From contig SCTB01000026.1 in the NCBI GenBank assembly GCA_004297545.1, forward strand, positions 10,207 to 74,206: DNA of 64,000 bases, read 5' to 3'. Position numbers and translations under genes: made by a program. The number at the start of each line of letters is the position of its first letter. The first letter of the stretch is position 1. Under the pieces are notes generated by a model. That model saw only the letters and a list, made by a program, of their open reading frames with translations, was not told the origin of the DNA and searched no databases. This DNA comes from Alphaproteobacteria bacterium. Its GTDB lineage: Bacteria; Pseudomonadota; Alphaproteobacteria; Micavibrionales; UBA2020. Shown here piece after piece: positions 28,644 to 38,439 of this stretch.

Positions 28644-30137
28644 ATGTTCGATAGCTTGACCAACAGACTGGGCGGCATTTTCGACGGCCTGATGAAGCGC
28701 GGCGTGCTGCGCGAGGACGACGTGAACGAGGCGCTGCGCATGGTGCGCGTCGCGCTGCTGGAAGCCGACGTCGCCCTGCCCGTCGCCAAGGAATTCGTCG
28801 AGCAGGTGCGCCTTGAGGCTGTCGGCGAAAAAGTCATCCGCTCTGTCAAGCCGGGGCAGCAGGTCATCAAGATCGTGCACGACCAGCTGGTCAAAACGCT
28901 GGGCCATGAAAATTCGCAACTGAACCTGAATGTCCCCGCCCCCGCCGTCATATTAATGGCCGGCTTGCAGGGCTCGGGTAAAACCACCACCGCCGGCAAG
29001 CTCGCGAAATTTTTGCAGGACAAGCAGAAGAAAAAAGTGCTGCTCGCCTCGCTCGACATCTACCGCCCGGCCGCGCAGGAGCAACTGGATATTCTGGCGA
29101 AGAAAGTCGAAGCGGGCAGCCTGCCTGTCGTCAAGGGCGACAAGCCGGATAAAATCACGAAGCGCGCCCTCGAAATGGGCCGCCTTGAAGGTTATGACGT
29201 TATCATCCTCGACAGCGCGGGACGTCTTTCCATCGACGATGCGCTGATGAACGAACTGGCGGAAGTGCGCGATATCGCGAAGCCCGTCGAAATCCTGCTG
29301 GTCGCCGACGCGCTGACCGGCCAGGACGCCGTGAACACGGCGCGCAACTTCAACGATCGTATTGGTATTACGGGTATCGTGCTGACGCGCGTGGATGGCG
29401 ACTCCCGCGGCGGCGCGGCGCTGTCTATGCGCGCGGTCACGGGCCGGCCCATAAAATTCCTCGGCATGGGCGAACAGCTCGACGCGCTGCAGGCTTTCGA
29501 TGCTGATCGCATCGCGGGCCGCATCCTCGGCATGGGCGATATTGTGTCGCTGGTCGAAAAGGCGGCGGAAACCATCCATATCGAAGACGCGCAAAAAGTC
29601 GCCGAGAAGATGTCGAAAGGCAAATTCGACCTCGAGGACTTTTTGACGCAGCTCAAGCAGATGAAGAAAATGGGCGGGCTTTCGGGGCTCATGGGCTTTA
29701 TGCCGGGCGCCGGCAAGCTCAAGGGCCTTATGGAGAACGCCAACGTCGACGACAAAGTGCTCGCGCACCAGGAAGCGATCATCCTGTCCATGACGAAGAA
29801 AGAGCGCGAAAAGCCCGATGTGCTCAACGCCTCGCGCCGCAAGCGCATCGCGGCGGGCTCCGGCACCACGGTGCAGGACGTCAACCGCCTGCTGAAACAG
29901 TTCATGGACATGCAGCAGATGATGAAGCGCATGCAGAAGCTGGGCGGCAAGGGCATGGCCCGCCACATGGGCGCGCTCTTCGGCGGCGGCGGCATGGGCG
30001 AGATGGAAGAAATGGCGAAGAACATGAAGGACAAGCTGGGCGACGGACCGCTGGGCCCCAACCCCTTCGACGCCGGCGGCTCGCTGGAATCGACGAACCC
30101 GCTGCTGCGGCAAAATGGAGGCAAAGATAAAAAATAG
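28644..30137 (+). CDS. ffh: Signal recognition particle protein
   Basis: GLQGSGKTTT, DSAGR, DGDSRGGAALS, Met-rich M domain. Confidence 0.98.
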   Translation: MFDSLTNRLGGIFDGLMKRGVLREDDVNEALRMVRVALLEADVALPVAKEFVEQVRLEAVGEKVIRSVKPGQQVIKIVHDQLVKTLGHENSQLNLNVPAPAVILMAGLQGSGKTTTAGKLAKFLQDKQKKKVLLASLDIYRPAAQEQLDILAKKVEAGSLPVVKGDKPDKITKRALEMGRLEGYDVIILDSAGRLSIDDALMNELAEVRDIAKPVEILLVADALTGQDAVNTARNFNDRIGITGIVLTRVDGDSRGGAALSMRAVTGRPIKFLGMGEQLDALQAFDADRIAGRILGMGDIVSLVEKAAETIHIEDAQKVAEKMSKGKFDLEDFLTQLKQMKKMGGLSGLMGFMPGAGKLKGLMENANVDDKVLAHQEAIILSMTKKEREKPDVLNASRRKRIAAGSGTTVQDVNRLLKQFMDMQQMMKRMQKLGGKGMARHMGALFGGGGMGEMEEMAKNMKDKLGDGPLGPNPFDAGGSLESTNPLLRQNGGKDKK

Positions 30138-30139
30138 GC

Positions 30140-30276
30140 CGTAACCCCGGCGCAAGCCGGGGCCTAAGATGGCGCGGCGTAAACGGTGGGTCTTTAATGA
30201 CATCCACTGCAGCGATGGAAAGATTTTAGACCCCGGCTGTCATGCATCGCATGCAAAGCATGGCGCCGGGGTTACG
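30140..30276. repeat. REP-like element, GTAACCCCGG family (paired arms)
   Basis: cgtaaccccggcgcaagccgggg...ccccggc...gccggggttacg. Confidence 0.7.
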
Positions 30277-30356
30277 AGATGAGGGAGCTGATATGGTTGC
30301 ATGGCTCCTGACCAGTTAACAGCAACCGGATAACTTTTGAAGAAAGAGAGAACCAA

Positions 30357-30734
30357 ATGTTGAAAGTACGCATGGCGCGCGCGGGCGCCCGCAAAAAGCC
30401 GTTCTACCACATCGTGGTGGCGGACAGCCGCAATCCCCGTGACGGCAGCTTCCTCGAGAAGCTGGGCACCTACGACCCCAAGCTGCCCAAAGACCACCAG
30501 GACCGCGTGAAGCTGAACGGCGAACGCCTCAAATACTGGATCAGCAAGGGCGCGCAGGTCTCCGACCGCGTCGCGATCTTCATGGGCAAGGCGGGCCTCG
30601 CCCCCATGCCGGCGCGCAAGAACAACCCGCAGAAAGCGGTCGCCAAGGCGAAAATGACCGAACGCAAAAAGGCGAAGACGGAAAAAGCGTCCAAGCCCGC
30701 TGAAGCAGCTCCGGCTGCCGACGCTTCGGCCTGA
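30357..30734 (+). CDS. rpsP: 30S ribosomal protein S16
   Basis: RMARAGARKKPFYHIVVADSRNPRDG. Confidence 0.97.
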   Translation: MLKVRMARAGARKKPFYHIVVADSRNPRDGSFLEKLGTYDPKLPKDHQDRVKLNGERLKYWISKGAQVSDRVAIFMGKAGLAPMPARKNNPQKAVAKAKMTERKKAKTEKASKPAEAAPAADASA

Positions 30735-30746
30735 TAGGTTATCCGG

Positions 30747-31277
30747 TTGCGCAAAGCGGCGGCATCGTCTGAAGAGGCTCTCACCTGCATGGCCGAGATC
30801 GTCGGCGTGCATGGCGTGAAGGGGGTTGTGAAGCTGAAGGTTTTCAGCGACAACCCCGAAGGCCTCACCGACTATGCCCCGCTTTGCGATTCTTCCGGGA
30901 AGCTTATTTTCAAGATCACCTCTCTCCACCAGCACGGCAACATCTGGCTCGCGGAGATCGACGGCATCAAGGACCGCACCGCCGCCGAAAAACTGCGCGG
31001 CACCCGGCTCTGCGTCAGCCGCGAAGAACTTCCGAAAATCAAGAACGACAATACCTATTATCACGCCGACCTCATCGGCATGACCGCGACATACCCGGAC
31101 GGCAAGCTCATGGGCAAAGTCATCATGGTCGCCAATTTCGGCGCGGGCGACCTGCTGGAAGTAAAGCCCGTCAAGGGCGCCAGCTTTTACGTCCCCTTCA
31201 CCGCGAAAATCGTCACCGACGTGAATGTGAAGAAAAAAGAAGTCATCATCGACCCACCGCCCGGTCTCATCGACTGA
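30747..31277 (+). CDS. rimM: Ribosome maturation factor RimM
   Basis: HGVKGVVKL, DRTAAEKLRG, YYHADLIG, NFGAGDLLE; start uncertain. Confidence 0.93.
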   Translation: MRKAAASSEEALTCMAEIVGVHGVKGVVKLKVFSDNPEGLTDYAPLCDSSGKLIFKITSLHQHGNIWLAEIDGIKDRTAAEKLRGTRLCVSREELPKIKNDNTYYHADLIGMTATYPDGKLMGKVIMVANFGAGDLLEVKPVKGASFYVPFTAKIVTDVNVKKKEVIIDPPPGLID

Positions 31278-31417
31278 TTTATCCGGATATTCCGGTTTCC
31301 TGATACAAATCTGCTACAATTTTTTTCCTGTTTGAAACCTGCGGGACAATAACCCGTTACCCTTCGGGGCTAGGCTTAAGAGGATGGGCTATCCATTCCA
31401 AAAGAAGGAGATCAGCC

Positions 31418-31669
31418 ATGAAAAACCGCATCCAGAACATTTCGAAGGGCGGCGCCATGCTTGTCCTCGCCCTTACCCTCGCGTCCTGCAGCGGCATGAA
31501 CACGACCCAGCAGCGCGTGCTGTCCGGCGGCGCGATCGGCGCCGGAGCGGGCGCCGTGGGCACGGCCATGACGGGCGGTTGCGTCAGCTGCGGAGCCGCG
31601 ATCGGCGGCGCCGTCGGCGCGGGCGCAGGCTATATCTACGACCAGGACGAAAAGAGACACGGAAACTGA
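31418..31669 (+). CDS. Glycine-zipper lipoprotein
   Basis: Lipobox LASC; GGAIGAGAGA repeats; AAGGAG RBS. Confidence 0.8.
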   Translation: MKNRIQNISKGGAMLVLALTLASCSGMNTTQQRVLSGGAIGAGAGAVGTAMTGGCVSCGAAIGGAVGAGAGYIYDQDEKRHGN

Positions 31670-31678
31670 CGGAGGCTT

Positions 31679-32260
31679 TCAGAGCTTCAGAAAGTCGAGC
31701 TTCGGCTTGAACCGCAAGGGAGGCAGGATCGTGACACGCTCTGCGGAGCCTTCGATAAAGGCTTCGCGGAGCGTGTCCAGCGCGGCGTCCTGACGCTTTT
31801 TATCTTCCGCCGCCCGGACAGCCTCTTCTTCCCAAGTGGTTTCGCGCGTGGTCTGCTGCCCCATCGCGGGCAGGACAAGAACCGCGTAGCGGGAAGTTTT
31901 GGGACCTCCCGGCTGTCCCGCAAGATGAATGCGCTTCCAGACGACCTTCAGGCCGTCATCGTCCATGACAAGGCTTTCCGGCTCGATCTTGACGTGATCC
32001 GGGGGCGTGTTCTGGGCCAGCATGATGGCCCAGGCGCCCTTGGGCAGCGGGCCCGGCGGCTCTTCGCCCAGCGCGTCCCGCCAGAATTCTTCCCACTGTC
32101 CGGGATCTTGCGTGTTGCTGAGGCTGCGGGCTTCGCCGGGCTTGCGGGTGTATTCGCCGGTGAAGAAATTAAAGCCGTTGATGTCCATCGAGGTTTCGCC
32201 GCTGAAGGCTTTTTTCAGCGGCGATCTTTTATCTTCGATATTTATTTTATGAACCTTCAC
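31679..32260 (-). CDS. Hypothetical protein, possible PrcB C-terminal-like domain
   Basis: WEEFW...AIMLAQ...TSRYAVLVLP pattern; C-terminal VTILPPLRFKPK motif. Confidence 0.55.
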   Translation of the reverse strand: MKVHKINIEDKRSPLKKAFSGETSMDINGFNFFTGEYTRKPGEARSLSNTQDPGQWEEFWRDALGEEPPGPLPKGAWAIMLAQNTPPDHVKIEPESLVMDDDGLKVVWKRIHLAGQPGGPKTSRYAVLVLPAMGQQTTRETTWEEEAVRAAEDKKRQDAALDTLREAFIEGSAERVTILPPLRFKPKLDFLKL

Positions 32261-32418
32261 CAGGGACTGCGATCCTGGCGCGGCTGCGGACGGCGGCCTT
32301 GCGGATTGCGCACGGGAATGGGAACCAGTTCAGGCTGCGGCGACAGGGCGCCGGCAACTTCGTCGAAAATCTTGCCAAGTTTCTCTTTGACCTTGTCGAC
32401 GATTTTCTTGCCCTTCAT
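32257..32418 (-). CDS. Small protein (53 aa), not in the ORF track
   Basis: MKGKKIVDKVKEKLGKIFDEVAGALSPQPELVPIPVRNPQGRRPQPRQDRSPW; GAGGA RBS; GTGA overlap with the next gene. Confidence 0.6.
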   Translation of the reverse strand: MKGKKIVDKVKEKLGKIFDEVAGALSPQPELVPIPVRNPQGRRPQPRQDRSPW

Positions 32419-32545
32419 GACCGCATTCCTCATCATCTGTGGATAACCCTTTCTATTTATATTATTATGGCAAATTAATCAAGCTTTTTCCATTCACTAA
32501 AATATTACATTGAAAGTGCTGACTATTTCGTTAACTCTATTCCCC

Positions 32546-33295
32546 ATGAAACACGCAAAACCCGAAGCCGCCTTTCGCGTCAAAGTGATAACCCTGTTCC
32601 CTGAAATGTTTCCGGGACATCTGGGGTTAAGCCTTTCCGGCAAGGCTCTTGAAAAAGGCGCCTGGTCGATCGAAACGGTCAATCCGCGCTATTACACGAC
32701 GGATCTGCACAAAACGGTCGATGATTCACCCTTTGGCGGGGGGGCGGGCATGGTCATGAAGCCCGATATCCTTGATAAAGCCCTCAAAGCCCACCTGCCG
32801 CTGGGCAGATTCATCTATATGACCCCCAGAGGCACCCCTTTGACCCAGAAAAAGGCCGAAGAACTGGCGAAAGAACCCCTGTTGACCGTTCTTTGCGGGC
32901 GTTATGAAGGCGTGGATGAGCGCGTGCTGGAGGCTTATAAAGCCGAGGAGATATCGGTCGGAGACTACGTATTATCGGGCGGCGAACAGGCCTGCATGAT
33001 ACTGCTGGACGCTGTTATCCGCCTGCTGCCGGATGTGGTCGGGAACGCCGATACCCATGCGGAAGAAAGCTTCCAGAACGGCCTGCTGGAGTACCCGCAC
33101 TATACCCGCCCCGCCGAATGGACGGGCCCCGATGGCATCCCCCGCAAGGTGCCGGACGTGCTGACCTCCGGCAACCATGCCAAAGTGAAGGAATGGCGGC
33201 AAAAATGCGCTGAGGACGTGACCCGGGAAAGACGCCCGGACCTGTGGTCCGCCTATGTCTCTCAAAACGCTAAAGAATCCAAGAAAGTTAAATAA
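32546..33295 (+). CDS. trmD: tRNA (guanine-N1)-methyltransferase
   Basis: TLFPEMF, VDDSPFGGGAGMVM, CGRYEGVDER, SVGDYVLSGGE. Confidence 0.97.
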   Translation: MKHAKPEAAFRVKVITLFPEMFPGHLGLSLSGKALEKGAWSIETVNPRYYTTDLHKTVDDSPFGGGAGMVMKPDILDKALKAHLPLGRFIYMTPRGTPLTQKKAEELAKEPLLTVLCGRYEGVDERVLEAYKAEEISVGDYVLSGGEQACMILLDAVIRLLPDVVGNADTHAEESFQNGLLEYPHYTRPAEWTGPDGIPRKVPDVLTSGNHAKVKEWRQKCAEDVTRERRPDLWSAYVSQNAKESKKVK

Positions 33296-33456
33296 ACTCT
33301 TGAATTATGGTTGTTATTTGGGGTATGAATCCCCAAATTGATTGAGCATGATTCAATCAGCCCCGGTAATGAACAAGATGTGGACCGCCGGCGCGCAACC
33401 GTTTTAAATCGCGCGTTCGAATATAACGGGTCCCGATAAATTAAGGGTTTAAACCT

Positions 33457-33909
33457 ATGAACGACCTCGAAAAATTCGAGCAGGAGCAAATGGCAAAGCT
33501 CCGCACCGAAAAGAAAATTCCCGAATTCCAGCCCGGCGACACGCTGCGCGTCAACGTGAAAATCGTTGAAGGCTCCGGCGAAGAAATCCGCCATCGCATC
33601 CAGGCCTATGAAGGCGTGTGCATCGCGCGCGGCGGCAAGGGCGTCAACCAGAATTTCACCGTGCGCAAGATCAGCTACGGCGAAGGCGTGGAACGCGTGT
33701 TCCCCCTCTTCTCGCCGAGCATCGATTCAATCGAGCTCGTGCGCCGCGGTTCCGTGCGTCGCGCGAAGCTGTACTACCTGCGCGACCGCAGCGGCAAATC
33801 CGCCCGCATCACCGAGCGTGAAGGCGACCATGCCGCGGAAGTCGTGGAAGCTCCGACGGAGAAATCCACGCCCCCCGCAAAGCCGGAAAAGAAAGCCGCT
33901 AACGGCTGA
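33457..33909 (+). CDS. rplS: 50S ribosomal protein L19
   Basis: [33 protein letters not shown]. Confidence 0.97.
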   Translation: MNDLEKFEQEQMAKLRTEKKIPEFQPGDTLRVNVKIVEGSGEEIRHRIQAYEGVCIARGGKGVNQNFTVRKISYGEGVERVFPLFSPSIDSIELVRRGSVRRAKLYYLRDRSGKSARITEREGDHAAEVVEAPTEKSTPPAKPEKKAANG

Positions 33910-33930
33910 TATATATTACGGATATACAAC

Positions 33931-33966
33931 AAGGCGGCCACCGTCACAGGTGACCGCTTTTGTTTT
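33931..33966 (+). terminator. Intrinsic terminator after rplS
   Basis: aaggcggccacc/ggtgaccgcttt stem followed by T-run. Confidence 0.6.
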
Positions 33967-34006
33967 GGCTATGGCTTGCTGTTTACGGCGGAATACTTAT
34001 AACTAT

Positions 34007-34106
34007 CGTCATCCCCGCGAAGGCGGGGATCCAGCGCGCATCGCGCGCACATTAATAATTATGCAGGCCTTTGGCCTGCTGGATTCCCGCCTTCGCGGGA
34101 ATGACG
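34007..34106. repeat. REP-like palindromic element, GTCAT family
   Basis: cgtcatccccgcgaaggcggggatccag...ctggattcccgccttcgcgggaatgacg. Confidence 0.85.
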
Positions 34107-34132
34107 GATGAAGACAGAAAGGGAGTAAACCC

Positions 34133-35545
34133 ATGTCCAAGCCCCGCACCCTTTTCGAAAAAATCTGGGACAGCCATATCGTCCGCCGCAATGACGATGG
34201 CACCTGCATTTTGTATATCGACCGCCATCTGGTGCATGAAGTCACCAGCCCGCAGGCATTCGAAGGCCTGCGCCTTGCCAACCGCACGGTGCGCAGACCC
34301 GACGCGACGCTGGCGGTGGCCGACCACAACGTGCCGACGTCGCACGACCGCCTGAAGGGCATCGCGGACCCGGAAAGCCGCGTGCAGGTCGAGACGCTCG
34401 AGAAGAACGTCAAGGAATTCGGCATCGAATATTTCGGCATGAAAGACAAGCGCCAGGGCATCGTCCATATCATCGGGCCTGAGCAAGGCATGACCCAGCC
34501 CGGCATGACGATTGTCTGCGGCGATAGCCATACCTCCACCCATGGCGCTTTCGGCGCGCTGGCATTCGGCATCGGCACCTCCGAAGTCGAACATGTTCTC
34601 GCCACACAAACGCTCATGCAGCGCCCGGCGAAGAACATGCTGATTTCCGTCGAAGGCGCCTTGCCCGTCGGCGTGACGGCAAAGGACATCATCCTGGCGG
34701 TCATCGGCAAGATCGGCACCGCCGGCGGCACGGGATATGTGATGGAATATGCGGGTTCCGCCATCCGCGCCCTGTCGATGGAAGGCCGCATGACGGTCTG
34801 CAACATGAGCATCGAGGCGGGCGCGCGCGCCGGCCTCATCGCGCCGGATGAGACGACCTTCAATTACCTGAAAGGCCGCCCCATGTGCCCCAAAGGCGCG
34901 GACTGGGACAAGGCGGTCGCCTACTGGAAGACGCTGCCCTCCGACAAGGGCGCGGTCTACGACAAGGAAATCAAACTCGACGCCAAAGACATCGCGCCGC
35001 AGGTCACCTGGGGCACGAACCCGGAAGCCGTCGCGCCGATCACGGGCACGGTCCCCGATCCCGCCGCGATTGCCGATGAAGGCCGCAAGGATTTCATCAT
35101 GCGCGCGCTCGATTATATGGGGCTGAAACCCGGCACCAAGCTGACGGACGTCAAAATTGATAAAGTCTTCATCGGCTCCTGCACCAATGCGCGCATCGAA
35201 GACCTGCGCGAGGTTGCAAAAATTGCGAAAGGCCGCAAGGTCGCGAAGAATGTTTATGCGATGATCGTCCCCGGTTCCGGCCTTGTGAAGGAGCAGGCGG
35301 AGAAGGAAGGCCTGCATAAAATCTTTATCGAGTCCGGTTTCGACTGGCGCGAAGCGGGCTGCTCGATGTGCCTCGCCATGAACGCCGACAAGCTGCAGCC
35401 GGGCGAGCGCTGCGCCTCCACCTCCAACCGCAACTTCGAAGGCCGCCAGGGACGCGGCGGCCGCACCCACCTCATGAGCCCCGCCATGGCGGCGGCGGCG
35501 GCGGTGACGGGTAAGCTGACGGATGTGAGGGAGTTGGTTAAATAA
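34133..35545 (+). CDS. leuC: 3-isopropylmalate dehydratase large subunit
   Basis: [36 protein letters not shown]. Confidence 0.98.
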   Translation: MSKPRTLFEKIWDSHIVRRNDDGTCILYIDRHLVHEVTSPQAFEGLRLANRTVRRPDATLAVADHNVPTSHDRLKGIADPESRVQVETLEKNVKEFGIEYFGMKDKRQGIVHIIGPEQGMTQPGMTIVCGDSHTSTHGAFGALAFGIGTSEVEHVLATQTLMQRPAKNMLISVEGALPVGVTAKDIILAVIGKIGTAGGTGYVMEYAGSAIRALSMEGRMTVCNMSIEAGARAGLIAPDETTFNYLKGRPMCPKGADWDKAVAYWKTLPSDKGAVYDKEIKLDAKDIAPQVTWGTNPEAVAPITGTVPDPAAIADEGRKDFIMRALDYMGLKPGTKLTDVKIDKVFIGSCTNARIEDLREVAKIAKGRKVAKNVYAMIVPGSGLVKEQAEKEGLHKIFIESGFDWREAGCSMCLAMNADKLQPGERCASTSNRNFEGRQGRGGRTHLMSPAMAAAAAVTGKLTDVRELVK

Positions 35546-35550
35546 ACATT

Positions 35551-35651
35551 GTCATGCCCGCCTTGCGCGGGCATCCGAAGCGCGTCTGCGCGTCACATGA
35601 GTCATATGACGGCCGGACGGCCTCCAGACCCCCGCGCAAGGCGGGGGTGAC
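35551..35651. repeat. REP-like palindromic element, GTCAT family
   Basis: Arms nearly identical to 8198-8302, with a related spacer. Confidence 0.85.
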
Positions 35652-35673
35652 GAGAAAAGAAGGGAAAACTAAA

Positions 35674-36279
35674 ATGGATAAATTCACAATCCTCACCGGC
35701 ATTGCCGCCCCCCTGCCCATGGTCAACGTCGATACCGACGCGATCATCCCCAAGCAGTTCCTGAAAACCATCGAGCGCACGGGCCTTGGCAAATACCTCT
35801 TCAACGACCTGCGTTTCACGCCCGAGGGCAAGGAAAAGCCGGAATTCGTTTTGAACCAGCCCGCCTGGCGCAAGGCGGCCGTGCTGGTGGCGAAAGAAAA
35901 CTTCGGCTGCGGTTCCTCACGCGAGCATGCGCCCTGGGCGCTGCTTGATTTCGGCATCCGCGCCGTCATCGCCCCCAGCTTCGCCGATATTTTCTACAAC
36001 AACTGCTTCAAGAACGGCATCCTGCCCGTCACGCTGCCGAAAGAGAGCGTCGAAGCCCTTCTGAAAGACGCCGCCGACAAAAAGAGCATCACCGTCGATC
36101 TTTTGCAGCAGAAAGTGACCAGCGAAAGCGGCAAGTCCTTCAGCTTCGACGTCGAACCCTTCCGCAAGCATTGCCTCGTCAACGGCCTCGACGACATCGG
36201 CCTGACGCTGGAGCACGAAAACGCCATCACCGGCTTCGAGCGTGGGCAGAAAGAACAACAACCTTGGCTCTACGCCTGA
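35674..36279 (+). CDS. leuD: 3-isopropylmalate dehydratase small subunit
   Basis: [33 protein letters not shown]. Confidence 0.97.
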   Translation: MDKFTILTGIAAPLPMVNVDTDAIIPKQFLKTIERTGLGKYLFNDLRFTPEGKEKPEFVLNQPAWRKAAVLVAKENFGCGSSREHAPWALLDFGIRAVIAPSFADIFYNNCFKNGILPVTLPKESVEALLKDAADKKSITVDLLQQKVTSESGKSFSFDVEPFRKHCLVNGLDDIGLTLEHENAITGFERGQKEQQPWLYA

Positions 36280-36282
36280 GAA

Positions 36283-38175
36283 CTACTTATAAACAATCTG
36301 CGCCTTGAGATCCCCCCAGACCTTCGGCGCCAGTTCGCGGTACAGGCCGTCGATTTCCGCCGGGCAGATGGGGCTGGGGCTTGTGTCCGTCAGCTTGCGG
36401 GAGATAGACACGGTCTGGCCTGACAGCGCGTATTTCGCCTCATAGGCCTGCACGCTCGTGGACGCCGAAACATTGTCGGGGGTCGCCAGGACCTTCACGC
36501 TTTTCGGGAACACGTATTCGTAGTCCTCTTCGAAGATCCCCTCCCCGCACAGGAACCCGTGCGGCAGTTTCTCCGCATCCTTCACGGTCATACCCGCGAT
36601 CACCGCGCCCATGGCGGCGCCGAGCGAGCCCGGCGCGAAAGGCGGCGCCGTATACAGGGCGCCGGGCGCGCCGACGCGCACGTAGTCCTGCAGGCGATAG
36701 CGGATATTCTGCGTGTAGGTCATGGTTTTCTCATCCCAGGCCGCCGGCTCAATGGTGACGGAGCCCTGGAAGCCGGAGCCTTTCAGGGCGGCTTCGCCCG
36801 CTTCCTCGAGCCTCTTGGGCGTCAGGGTCTTGAGGCGCTGCTGCGCCGAAAAGCTGCCGCCCTCAGGGCCGGTGATGGCGAAACTCGTGACGCCCTCCGC
36901 CGAGCCGTCATCGTTGATGGCGATCTTCGCCACGGCTTTCATTTTGCGCAGCCCCTTGTCGCGCACGGGCGTCTTTGCGCCTTCCTTGTGTCCGTCAACC
37001 AGCAGGACGGGCTTCGCGGCAAGGGACGCCGGCAGATACCCGAAGGGCATGCCCGAGGTCGCGTCCAGATACAGGTCCATGGAGGGAATGTAGTTGATGA
37101 CATGGTTGACGATGTCGACCTCCGGGATTTCGGGAAGCGTGTAAATGCTGTTGGCGCCGATAAGCGCCTGCGTGCTCTCTATCCCCTTGGCGCTCAGGAG
37201 AGCCTGCAGCAGCGTCGCATGGTCCTTGCAGTCGCCCATCTTGTTCTTGAGGACGAAGTCAAGGTCGCGCGGCACGACGGAACCGATGCCGATGCAATTG
37301 CCGGCATAGGTCAGGTTGGCGACTTCCCAGTCGTAGAGCGCCTTCACCTGCTCGCGCGGATCGGTCTTGCCCCTGGTGATTTCCTCGGCCAGCTTTTTTA
37401 TCTCGTCGGTGACGGCTGCTTTTGGTTTTGCGCGCGCGCCGTAAGATTCTGCGATCGCCGCGTAGGACGGAAAGGTGGACACGATGAGGCCGGGCTCATC
37501 GCCGATTTCCGCGACGGGGACTTCGGTATACTTTGTTTTCTTGACTTCCGTGTTTTTGAACGTCCACGACAGTATCTGGCGCCCGTTTTCCTCCTTGTTG
37601 GCGGTTTCCGTCAGGCCGAAGCTCTTGTACCGCGCCTTCAGGGCAAGCGGAATAGAATAGCTGACGCGGGCGTCGTCATAGAGCACCCGCTTCGAAAAGG
37701 CGTGCAGGTTCGAGAACTGCCTGGGAAACAGGGGGTCCGTCACGGCGCGGTTGAAGACGACGTTGACGGTGTCGCCGACCGCAACGTCGGGAAAGACGAC
37801 GGTGAGCGTGGTCTCGTCGGAAAACGCGGGCGCGGCGCCCTCCCGGCCGCCGGAGACGTCGATCTGGAAGTTGCTTTTCGGCGCGTCGACCTTGCGCCCG
37901 TCGGCTTTCTGCGTATAGGCCTCGACAACCTCGACTTTTTCGGCGCTGGTGCTGTAGCTGATCGGGTATTGCTTGAACCTTTCCACCGCGTCCTCCCGCA
38001 GGATGGCGAAGCTCAAGGTGTTCTTCACGTTTTCGGTGCCATCGTCGTTGACCACCTCGTCGTACCAGGCCTTGACGATTTTATAGTTTTCCTCCGGAAC
38101 GGCATCCGCCCGCGCGGGGGAAAAAATGAAAATGCAAAGCGCCGCTATCGGCAGAATGAAAGAGATGTTCCTCAT
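36283..38175 (-). CDS. DUF3857 / transglutaminase-like exported protein
   Basis: Signal peptide; GDCKDHATL, NHVI, YLDAT triad motifs. Confidence 0.85.
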   Translation of the reverse strand: MRNISFILPIAALCIFIFSPARADAVPEENYKIVKAWYDEVVNDDGTENVKNTLSFAILREDAVERFKQYPISYSTSAEKVEVVEAYTQKADGRKVDAPKSNFQIDVSGGREGAAPAFSDETTLTVVFPDVAVGDTVNVVFNRAVTDPLFPRQFSNLHAFSKRVLYDDARVSYSIPLALKARYKSFGLTETANKEENGRQILSWTFKNTEVKKTKYTEVPVAEIGDEPGLIVSTFPSYAAIAESYGARAKPKAAVTDEIKKLAEEITRGKTDPREQVKALYDWEVANLTYAGNCIGIGSVVPRDLDFVLKNKMGDCKDHATLLQALLSAKGIESTQALIGANSIYTLPEIPEVDIVNHVINYIPSMDLYLDATSGMPFGYLPASLAAKPVLLVDGHKEGAKTPVRDKGLRKMKAVAKIAINDDGSAEGVTSFAITGPEGGSFSAQQRLKTLTPKRLEEAGEAALKGSGFQGSVTIEPAAWDEKTMTYTQNIRYRLQDYVRVGAPGALYTAPPFAPGSLGAAMGAVIAGMTVKDAEKLPHGFLCGEGIFEEDYEYVFPKSVKVLATPDNVSASTSVQAYEAKYALSGQTVSISRKLTDTSPSPICPAEIDGLYRELAPKVWGDLKAQIVYK

Positions 38176-38405
38176 GCGACTGTTCCCCTGACAGAGACAA
38201 AGAATGAAATGCGGAATCGGATGTTAATGCCTTCTATGAGCATTATATGAGGCAGCCGTTAATGATTTATTCTGCGGGCCCGCGCGCAGCTCCCTGCGCC
38301 CTGTCTTTCTGGCGTTATGGCAATCTTCGCTGCAAATAAACTGCGACTTGTCTGTGTTTGCCTGTTAAAAACCATGGTCAGCCCATATATAATCAAGGTA
38401 CTCAC

Positions 38406-38426
38406 GTACCCCGGATGAAGCCGGGG
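38406..38426. repeat. Degenerate CCCCGG-family hairpin
   Basis: gtaccccggatgaagccgggg. Confidence 0.45.
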
Positions 38427-38439
38427 CAATAAAAAGAAC

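Noticed and set aside
33910-34132. Leucine attenuator upstream of leuC
   Set aside because: No Leu-rich leader peptide seen; the hairpins are explained by the rplS terminator and a REP-like element
35554-35673. N-terminal extension of LeuD in the ORF track
   Set aside because: Translation of the intergenic palindromic repeat; the real start is ATG 35674 with an RBS
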